From Felis catus (taxonomy: Eukaryota), in NCBI RefSeq assembly GCF_018350175.1, contig NC_058383.1:30072001-30136000 (forward strand): a stretch of DNA of 64,000 nt, read 5' to 3'. Under the pieces are notes generated by a model that saw only the letters and a list, made by a program, of their open reading frames with translations, made no database searches and was not told the DNA's origin. The position numbers and the translations under genes are program-made. Numbering within the stretch: the stretch's first letter is position 1; each line of letters opens with the position of its first letter. Shown here in pieces: positions 14,298 through 23,020 of this stretch.

Positions 14298-14317
14298 GAT
14301 GCCTTTTAAAAAAACTT

Positions 14318-15782
14318 TTAGTAGGCATCACCTTTCAGCCCTACAGGTTGGTACTCTCGGAAGGCTAAGATATGTGCGGTAGTTTGGCGAGCAACAGCGT
14401 TTTCAATAAAACATACCATGGCATTCAGTATACAGGGGCTGATGGATACAAGTAAAATTATGGAGGAAGGGTCTCGCCAGGGCAGAAGCCAGGATGCCCA
14501 ATCCGTGAGATCCCATCCTTTGCATTGATTGATACTTTCCTGTTGTCTACGTTGAATGCTTTCCTTGAGTTCCTTAATCTTAGTTGTAACTATTCTTGAC
14601 AGGTTTATGAAATAGGAACATCCCTCCCACAGAAAGATGCAAGTCCCTCCTTTTTCTGAAGTGAGGGGGTCAAGGGCTTGCCTATTTTGGAGGGTCACTG
14701 CTGCCATATAGTTTATTTGGCCTTGTAAGGTTACCAGAGAATCTGCCACCTGTTCCATGTCTTTACTGAGCTCTTGAGATAGTCTATGGTATGGTCCTAC
14801 AGATGAACCTATGCCTCTTATTCCTGTTCCTATTCCTGTTGCAATTCCTGCTCCTATCAGAACAGGTAGCAGGACTGCCTGTTTAGCCTGGGACTTGGGG
14901 CTAAAGGCTGTTGGGAACTGATCTTCAGTATATACGGACATCTCTGGGGTTAGGAAGATGGACTAAAGTATCTGAGTCCAGTTGGCCTCTAAGCATTGGT
15001 AGGCCAAATTAGAACACAGAACACCCCAGGGGTTGAACATAGGGTTGTGTTCCTCCTTAAGATTATATTTCTTCTGCATAGAGAGGTACTGTTCATACCT
15101 TCAGCAACTGTACAGATTAGATTGTCAGCATTTGTGAGACGGACCCCAGTGGCCAGGGCTCCAATTAAGACAGAGGTGTTGGTTTTGAGATTTTCAGGAG
15201 CTTCTCAGGTCAAAGGGATGGGAGTGGCTAAGAAAGCCCTCCAGCTGAGGGGCAAGCACATCCACCAGGTTTGGGTGTGATTATCTGTTTTATGGAAGAC
15301 TTGTAGAGTAGTGTTGGCTCAACGCTGGAGTGGGAAATTGGTAAACATCTGATTGAGGGCTGAAAGGTTCAAACCCTGGTAGGCTGCCGGGGGAGTAGTC
15401 ACCTTTATGGCTTGTATTACCCTATCCTGGATATCCTTTATAAATTTTTCGAGGGCCCTGTCTTGCAACCCTACCCTGTCTGAGATACCCCATTGAGGAA
15501 GGTAAGTGTAGCAAGCTCGCTTCCCTCTCTGGAGGCCCTTCTTGTGACATGGGTTCCTGATATTTTGGGTTATCTCTACGGTCCAATACTTAGTCCTTGG
15601 GGCATCAGGTGACTGACAGAGAGTGGGTGTTTTTCCCTTGTAGCCATCTTTGTGGAGGGAGGTGAAGGCGCTGAATGCCCTTGACCCCCTTATTGTCATA
15701 TAACAATCCTGGGGGGAAGCGGCAGTTGTGAGGGTGAGAGAGGTTACCATAATATACAGGCAATATTTAATGGCCCTCCCAT
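14318..15782 (-). pseudogene. env: Retroviral envelope (SU+TM), HERV-W/syncytin-1-like, disrupted
   Basis: SU: SDRVGLQDRALE (15448-15483), YQGLNLSAL, WWMCLPL (CxxC remnant, 15256-15267), NTSVLIGAL...NLICT. Furin-site remnant QAKQ (14879-14890). TM: fusion peptide AVLLPVLIGAGIATGIGTG, ISD LQNRQALDPLTSEKGGTC (14639-14692), CX6CC remnant CIFLWEGCS. In-frame stops at 15319-15321 and ~15205, plus frameshifts. The start may extend to 15947. Confidence 0.93.
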
Positions 15783-16022
15783 CCAGAGGAGGTATGTGAG
15801 ACCCAACATGCATCTTTTGTCCCATGTCCAGCTTGTTGGTGCCATCTCTATCAGTCCAACAGTGAGAAGTAAGATCAGGGCTATGACACCAGTAAGGGGC
15901 AAGGGCTGGCAGAGTTGCATCAAAACCCCTGGGCTAGGTTCACGCATTGATTCCTCAAGCTTCTGCTGTGTGCAGGCCAGCCAGCCAGCTTCCGGGGTGT
16001 GGCTGGAGCAGGGACGGAGGTC

Positions 16023-19000
16023 TCAGGGGCCAGTGTCCCTTTTGAGGGTCAATTTAAGTGGGTTGACTGGATCCGGATCACTTTGCCAGGTTGCAGGTTC
16101 TTCTGAGTTGACCTTCTTAACTCTGGAGTGATGAACCCATGGGGTGATACCTGAAATTTTAAGGGCTGTAGGAGTTGTTAGAATAACAGTATGAGGCCCA
16201 GTTCACTGTGGTTTAAGATGTTCCCTCTTCCAATCTTTGACCCGCACAGAGTCTCCTGGAAGAAATGGGTGAATAGGTGTCCCCTATGGAAATTGGGGCC
16301 CTCTCTGTGGTGTATCTCTGTAACTTGTTTAGGACTGCACCCAAGGTCTGGGGCTGTTCTCTTATTCCCTTGTCTTCAGTCTGGTGTAGGTCTCCTGGGA
16401 GTTTTCCTAAGCATGGAGGGGGGGGTCGCCCATATAATAACTCAAAAGGGGAGAATCCTAGTGCCCAGGTGTGCACTGGGCATGCAAGAGGGCCAGCAGT
16501 AGTAAATCTGGCCATGGGAGATTAGTCTCTTGGTGGAACTTAACCAGGGTTTCTTTGAGGGTGCGATTCATCCGCTCTACTTTCCCTGAGCTCTGGGGTC
16601 AGTAAGCAGTGTGCAGTTTCTAGGTAATGTTGAGGGACTTTGTCAGGGTTTATATAATGTCTGCCACAAATGCAGGTCTGTTATCACTGTGTATGGTTAA
16701 GGGCAGACCAAACCGAGGCACAATCTCCCATAGAAGAGCTTTGGCCACCTTGCGACTTTGTTCTGTTCTGGTTGGGAATGCTTCGACCCATCCCAAGTAT
16801 GCGCAGATGATTACAAGAAGGTACCTGAACCCTTTATTTTGTTGTATGTGAGTAAAGTCCGCCTCTAAGTCTTTGACAGGGGCGGCCCCCATCCTTTGTG
16901 TTCCAGGCGAGGGCCGTGAGGCCGACCGAGCATTGTTTTTGGCACACGTTACACACTGGTCGCTGACAGCTCGGCATAATGCCTGCAGCTGGCTGGTACA
17001 GTAGTTCTTTTTGAGGAGGGCCTCTAGTTCAGTTTTCCCTAGGTGTGTGAGTTGGTGATATTCCTTCACTAGGTGTTTTCACATAGATGACAGGACACAG
17101 ATGTTCCCATTTGGCATGACCCACCATCCCTCTTTGCTTAGTGTGTCCCCTTCTGCTGAGGCCCAATTCTTTCTTCATTTGTGTACAGGGGCAGGGAGGC
17201 TTCCCTCTGGGGTGCAAGAGTCATAGTGTAGGTAGGAGCTTCGCCTGGACCACCACAGGCAGCCGGTCTGGCTGTTTTGTTGGCCAGGCAATTTCCTTGA
17301 GTTATAGGGTCATATCCTTTCTGATGTCCCTTACAGTGTAGGATAGCTACCTTGTCTGACAGCCATATGGCCTCAAGAAGCTTTAGTATTTCTTCCTTGT
17401 TTTTGATCATTTTCCCTGCAGCAGTAAGGAGGCCTCTTTCTTTATAGATGGCCCCATGTACACGCACTGTAGAGAAGGCATACCAGGAATCAGTGTAGAT
17501 GTTAACTCATTTACCTTTGCTAAGGATGAGGGCTCGGGTTAAGCTCTACAGTTCAGCTCGTTGTGCTGAGCACCCTTCCAGCAAGGCCTTGGCTTCCAGA
17601 ATTTTGGTGGTTGTGGTTACCACATATACTGCTCCTCGGCTGCCCTCTTGTAAATAGCTGCTCCCATCACCAAACATGGTGATCTCTGGGCTTGTTACAG
17701 CCTCGTTTTGGAGGTCCGGGTGGCTGGCATAGACTTCATCCGCTACTTTGGAAGAGTCATGGTCAGGTTCTCCCTCCTCTGTGGGAAGGAAGATGGCCAG
17801 GTTTAGTGTTCTTACTGTTTAAAGAGTGACCCTTGGGTTTTCATAGAGAAGGCCTTGGTCTTGTGTCAGCCGAGAATTGGAGAGGAAAAGATATCCTTGA
17901 GTGTTCATGAGGGACATGACCACATGTGGGACCTTAACATTAAGTGTTTGTCCCAGTGTGAGTTTGCCTCCTTGATGAACAGGACTGTGGCTGCCAGCGC
18001 TCTGAGGCATGGTGGCCATCCTGCAGCCACAGGATCAAGTTTTTTTGACAGGTAGGCCACTGGCCGTTGCCAAGGCCCCATGCTCTGAGTGAGCACTCCA
18101 TGGGCTATTTTGTCCTTTTTATGTATGAAGAGGTTAAATGGCCTTTCTAAGTCAGGCAAACCCAGGGCTGGGGCTCGTCCCAGAGCCAACTTTATTTCTG
18201 TGAAAGCATCCCTTGCCTCCTCAGTCCATGCAAGGGGCTCCCAGTCTGGCCCTCCCAACAGGTCATGGAAGGGCCTTGCTATGGCTGAGAATCCGGGAAT
18301 CCAAATGCGACAGAACCTTGCGGCCCCTAAAAATTCACACAAACCTCGTTTTGTTTGGGGCTGTGGCAGTGTGTTCCTTTCCAGTCCCAGTTCTCTTTTT
18401 CCTTTTGTGAGGAGGAAGCCTAAGTATTGGACCTGCTGCTGACAAATCTGTGCCTTTTTCCAAGAGGCCCGGTACCCCAAGTAGGATAGGAGCTGCAGGA
18501 GGGCCTTGGTACCTTTCTTCTTGGGTCTTCTTGAGTGTCGCTGGCAAGGAGGAGGTCGTCTACATATTGGAGGAGGACACACCCTGTGGTTTCCCTCGGA
18601 AAGTCAGCGAGGTCTGCAGCTAGTGCTTCCCCCAAAAGAGTGGGCAAGTTCTTGAAGTCTTGGGAAAGTCGTGTCCAGGTCAGCGGCATCTGGTGCCCTG
18701 TAACGGACTCAGTCCATTCAAAGGCAAACAGTGGTTGACTTTGAGGAGCCAGGCGGAGGCAGAAGAAAGCATCCTTTAGGGCGAGGCATGTAAACCATAC
18801 GACTGACCCTGGAATTTGGCTGAGGAGAGTATATGGGCTCGGAACCACTGGCTGTAAGGAAACAGTCACTTTGTTAATGGCCCTCAAATCCTGTACTGGT
18901 CTGTATCCTCCTCCTGGTTTCTTGACTGGCAAGAGCAGGGTATTCCAAGCCAATTGGCCCTCAGTTAGAATACCTGCTTCTCTGAGCTTGGTCAGGTGCT

Positions 19001-19607
19001 CTTGTATACCCATTCTAGCCTTGAGTGGAAGGGGGTATTACCTTTGTCTCTGAGGTTGGGCTCCAGGGATCAGGTCAACAATGATGGGGTCCTGACTCCA
19101 AGCTAGTCCAGGTGGGTTATCTTCAGCCCATACAGAGGGGAATGTAAGCCTGAATTCTGAGGGGCTACAGGGTAGGGCCTGTACTCAGAATAGTCTCCAC
19201 TGGCAGGGTAATTGCCCTTGGCAGGGTAATTGCCAAGACCAGGGTTTCCTCCTACCTTGGGTTTAATTGGAGTCTAGTGTGTCCAGTGGGTTCAAAAGTT
19301 ATCTGGGGCCCAAGCTTGTAGAGCAGACCCTGGCCCAGGAGAGGAATTGGGTAGTCAGGCAAGTAAGTCACTCATGCTGGACCTTGTGACTCCCAAGTTC
19401 ACACTGTTGAGCTTGACAGAGGGCTTTTGCATCGCCTGTGTCCCAGTAGCCCCAAGTATGGTTATCATCTTTTGGCTGAAGTGTGCCACCAGGGAAGAAA
19501 CAACCGAGTGTTCAGCCCCAGTGTCAACCATGAAAGTTATTGTTCAGCCCCCTACTTTCATTTTGACTGTGGTCTCATGGGGGTCAAGAGAAAGGGCCCT
19601 GTCCCCC
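16023..19607 (-). pseudogene. pol: pro-pol: protease, reverse transcriptase, RNase H, integrase; many stops and frameshifts
   Basis: PR DTGA (19514-19525). RT YRPVQDLRAIN, LKDAFFC, LLQYVDDLL (YVDD 18555-18566). RNase H DGSS / YTDS / HCKGHQ. IN HQLTHLG...[24 protein letters not shown] and GPH C-terminal module, ending NPLKLTLKRDTGP* (TGA 16023-16025). Confidence 0.96.
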
Positions 19608-21190
19608 TCAGTCTGATTCTATTCCAGCCAGACCAACGAGGTTCTTCGCATCGAAGTTCCTCCCAATATTGGCTGGGTTTTGAGGGCCCCTTCTGATTCG
19701 GACATTCATTCTTCCAGTGTCCCTTCTCTTTGCACTATTGGTCCTTTGCTAAGGGGGCTCTGTGCCTCCCCCCTTTTGGTGATTGGGGTCTTCCTATCTT
19801 TGCAGTGTCTGTTTCTTTTAGTGCTGCTGCGAGAAGGGTGCCTTTCTTTTTTAGTCTTTGCTTCTCTTTCAGCTTCATCTTCTCTGTTCATGAAAATTTT
19901 ACTGGTGACCTCTATCAGCTGAGTGATATTCATCCTGGTAAAGCCCTCCACCTTCCAGAGTTTTCTTCTGATATCTGGGGCAGCCTGTGCCACAAAAGAG
20001 GTATTCACCATTTGTTGATGACTTTCTGGTGCCTTGGAGTCAACCGGGGTGTATACATGGTATACTTCACATAATCTTTCATAGTAGTATCCGGGAGACT
20101 CCCCAGGGTGCTATGTGACTGACGGTATTTTAGTCATGTTTGTGGGCTTTTGGGCTCCAGCTCTGATTCCCTGAAGGAGGACTTCCTTGTATCATCGGAT
20201 GTGGGCTTATCCTTCTTCTGTGGTGAAATCCGATGTTAGACATTCTTCAGGCATGGCAGCTTGAGCCCAGATAGCAGGGTCATTGATCCCAGATGTGCGT
20301 GATCTTCTAGGTACTGTCGTGTTTCTCTCGTTCTTCTTCTTTCTTCTGTATTAAATGGAGTATGGAGTAACTGTTGACAATCTTCCCAAGTTGGTCAGTG
20401 GGTCTGGAAGAGGGACTCCATCAAGTCGACCATTGCTTGTGGCTTTTCAGAGTATGATGGAGTGTTGTGTTTCCAATTGAGGAGGTTAGTTGTAGAGAAA
20501 GGTTGATAATACATCATGGAATGGCTGGGCTGGACTGTTCGATCCTAATTCTGTCTTTCAGGCTCTCTTGTCTCCCTTGTAGGTACTTGGAGAGCATTAA
20601 GTCTGGGTCTGGGGTGCAATCTGGCTGCTGGCCCCTGTGGGGAGGAGGTTCTCTGGGTCCGAGAGGGGAGGAGAGGAGATGGGCAGTGGCAGGAGTGGTG
20701 GAGAGACAGACGGGGGAGGAGTTTCAAGCTCAGGGTCAGCAGGGAGGGAGCCTGTTGAGTCATAAGGAGGCAGAAAGATGGGATCTTCTTCAGGGTCTCC
20801 TGCAAACACTAGGGGAGCAGTGGGTTGCTTCTTTGGCTCCCTGGGTGAGTCCCTGGATAAAGCAGCTAAAACCTTTGCCTGGCTCTGCTTGCTATGGATG
20901 AATTACACCCAAGGCAGAAGATTTCGGGCAATTTGAAGCCAGGAGTCAATGTATGGAAATGATCAGGGTGACCTGGGTTCCCAGTGACTATTAGCCAAAC
21001 CCGCTGCACTATTTGAGCATCTAATGTCCCTTCTGGGGGCCATCCTACATTGAATATGGGCCATTCTAGTTCACAAAAGGTCCTTACCTTCCCGGGTGTC
21101 ATTTTTCACCCCATAATCACCTGAAAATTCCTTTTTAAAATTTTTGAGCATGACCTCTAAAATCTTAGGCTTACTCTGTTCTGATCCCAT
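19608..21190 (-). pseudogene. gag: gag (MA, late domain, CA, NC), disrupted
   Basis: ATG at 21190 in strong Kozak context giving MGSEQSK (myristoylation Gly). MA MLKNFKKEFSGDYGV/TPGKVRTFCELEWP. LPPY late-domain remnant (20762-20773). CA YQPFSTTNLLNWK...PTWEDCQQLL and QAAPDIRRKL. NC knuckle remnant DQ*CKEKGHWKNECP (19700-19743). TGA stop at 19608-19610. Confidence 0.95.
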
Positions 21191-21467
21191 TATTAATTCC
21201 TTTCTCGTGTTCGGTGTCACAGAGACAGACAAAGTGAAGGTATCCCCTCGGATGAGAAGACCAATCAGATACTCCACTGGTTGCATTCCCAAGGGAAACT
21301 TTAGGTGAGGCCTGGCCATAGTGGATTCAGCTTTGTGACTTGCAATCAGAGTCTGATCTGATGCTGCCCTGGACCTTATGCTTTTACCACGACTCAGGAG
21401 AGCCCACTCAGACTCCATAGACTTTTGGGGACCTTAAAGGTGCTCATCCGTGGAGCCACAAACTTGA

Positions 21468-21476
21468 ACTCACCTG
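21468..21476 (-). promoter_or_regulatory. Candidate proviral splice donor in the leader
   Basis: Minus strand CAG|GTGAGT, a perfect 5' splice-site consensus upstream of gag. A second candidate CTG|GTAGGT / TAG|GTGAGG lies near 21721-21734. Confidence 0.5.
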
Positions 21477-21502
21477 GCAAGCCTGGCTGAGCCGCACATT
21501 CT

Positions 21503-21527
21503 CACACACATACACATACACACACAT

Positions 21528-21570
<43 letters not shown>
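21503..21570. repeat. (CA)n microsatellite within the proviral leader
   Basis: Direct reading. Confidence 0.95.
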
Positions 21571-21571
<1 letters not shown>

Positions 21572-21901
21572 CAGAGGCTATTACATTCCCTCCTGCGAAA
21601 TTTTCTACCTGTGAGACCACTAAGGTCTCCGGAGACTGATCAGGTCCCCCTTCCACCCTTTTGGGTGGGCCTGACTACTTTAGGGCCCTGGCCTTAGTGG
21701 TTCCGATGTTGGGTCCAGGCCCTCACCTACCAGGTCTCTTTGAGTCCATCAGCAACAACAGAGCAGGGCTGGCCCAAGGTGACCGAATAGGAGACTGCCA
21801 AAATTCAGGCAGGGCGCACCTTCTCTCTGGCGATTTCTTGCTCAGTCACCACTTCACCGTTCTTCCAAACCAGTGGCAACAGTGGGCCAGCACCTTTGGG
21901 T

Positions 21902-21919
21902 TTCCCGGTCAGGGAACCA
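21902..21919 (-). other. Primer-binding site complementary to tRNA-Glu(CUC)
   Basis: Minus strand TGGTTCCCTGACCGGGAA is the complement of the mammalian tRNA-Glu 3' end TTCCCGGTCAGGGAACCA, 4 nt from the 5' LTR. Confidence 0.93.
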
Positions 21920-21923
21920 AATA

Positions 21924-22222
21924 TGTTACAGAACCAGGCTGGAATGCTGGTGGAAAAACCAAGCAGCACTCAGAGATCTTGATGGATCAGAGATTTATTT
22001 AACACCAGTGGGTCAGAGGAGACCATTTCTCCAAAGATTTGAATGCTGAACGCAAGTGGGGAGGACAACTATAGTTGTCAGCTTCCACATCTGTGGGGGT
22101 TTTCACGCAAGAGGCAAACAGGGCAGGAAGAACCCAGAAGAGGGGTCTCTAAGCTAGAGACCAGAGCTTGTTTTAATCCCGACAGCCATCTTTGGCACAG
22201 TACTTTATTTGTTTCTCCAACA
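21924..22222 (-). mobile_element. 5' LTR of the provirus (299 bp)
   Basis: TG...CA ends, AATAAA (minus) at 21994-21999, adjacent PBS; about 85% identical to the 3' LTR by manual alignment. Confidence 0.97.
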
Positions 22223-22920
22223 AGATGTCCTACATCTTCTGAACTTCGAAGTACAGAAAAGAGGCATAAGGGTAGACCCACTAGCTTCTTCAATTGGTCA
22301 TAGAGCTTTTCATCTTTCAGAAACTATAGGATAGAAATTCATAATATGAGACTTTACAAGCCTGGGTACAACTCGAAGACAAGTTATTTTAATATTTTTG
22401 TTATTGGAATTCGGTACAGATTTCCTTGCAAGTCTTAATCCCCTCACAGGTCTTTGACCATCAACTCACTGCTAGAAGGCAGGAAGCTGAGTCAGTCCAG
22501 AACCAGTTGTTTGAGCCAACTGACTCACAGATTGACCAGTCCCTGGGAAAAATCATGCCTACCACAAAAAGGGCCATTGGACATGGTATGGAAAAAAAAA
22601 AAAAGCAGTGAAATGATTGTTTTTTTCTTCCCTTCTGGTTTCAAGCTATTGTTTTGTTGCTCAATATTCAGCCTGACAAGGCCTTGGTAAAAATAAGTCG
22701 GATGTTAGAAAATATAACTGAAGAAATTATCACATATTTGAGTTGGATGGAAATGTATAGGCAATCAACGTCAATCCTCTCCCCCAAATCAGAAATATCT
22801 TCTGGACATGCAATTCTTTTTCCTTTTTGGCATCTTCTGAGCATCTGTTTGGTTCCAGGAATTAAGAAAGGCAGTGTGGCTAAGGAAGTGAATCACCGAG
22901 CTCTTCTCCTGGAGAAGTTC

Positions 22921-23020
22921 CCTGTGTAGATGTGGAAAGAGGCAGGTGAAGAGGTAATTACTGTAAAATCACCATGTAGGTGTGGAAAGAGGCAGGTAAA
23001 CAGGTAACTACTATAAAATC
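22921..23020. repeat. 50-bp tandem duplication (2 copies)
   Basis: tgtagatgtggaaagaggcaggtgaagaggtaattactgtaaaatc repeated at a period of 50 with 5 mismatches over 46 nt. Confidence 0.9.

Larger units (their letters stand above)
13989..22222 (-). mobile_element. Full-length decayed gamma-like (class I/ERV1) endogenous provirus, LTR-PBS-gag-pro-pol-env-PPT-LTR
   Basis: Two homologous TG...CA LTRs, 4-bp TSD AGAT (13985-13988 and 22223-22226), PBS, PPT, and gag/PR/RT/RH/IN/env motifs in canonical order. Confidence 0.98.

Noticed and set aside
14318..15825. Intact domesticated syncytin
   Set aside because: SU has at least two in-frame stops and frameshifts; the CxxC, furin and CX6CC motifs are mutated.
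20467..20901. Plus-strand ORFs antisense to gag, pol and env (also 15796-16131, 18089-18442, 19730-20074) as HBZ/ASP-like antisense genes
   Set aside because: Mostly non-ATG starts; expected shadow ORFs opposite GC-rich coding sequence.
21902..21919. tRNA-Glu gene
   Set aside because: Only the 18-nt 3' end including CCA is present, adjacent to an LTR; it is a PBS.
13989..22222. APOBEC3 hypermutation of the provirus
   Set aside because: The G>A changes I could polarise are mostly in CpG context and accompanied by C>T changes and indels, as expected for neutral germline decay.
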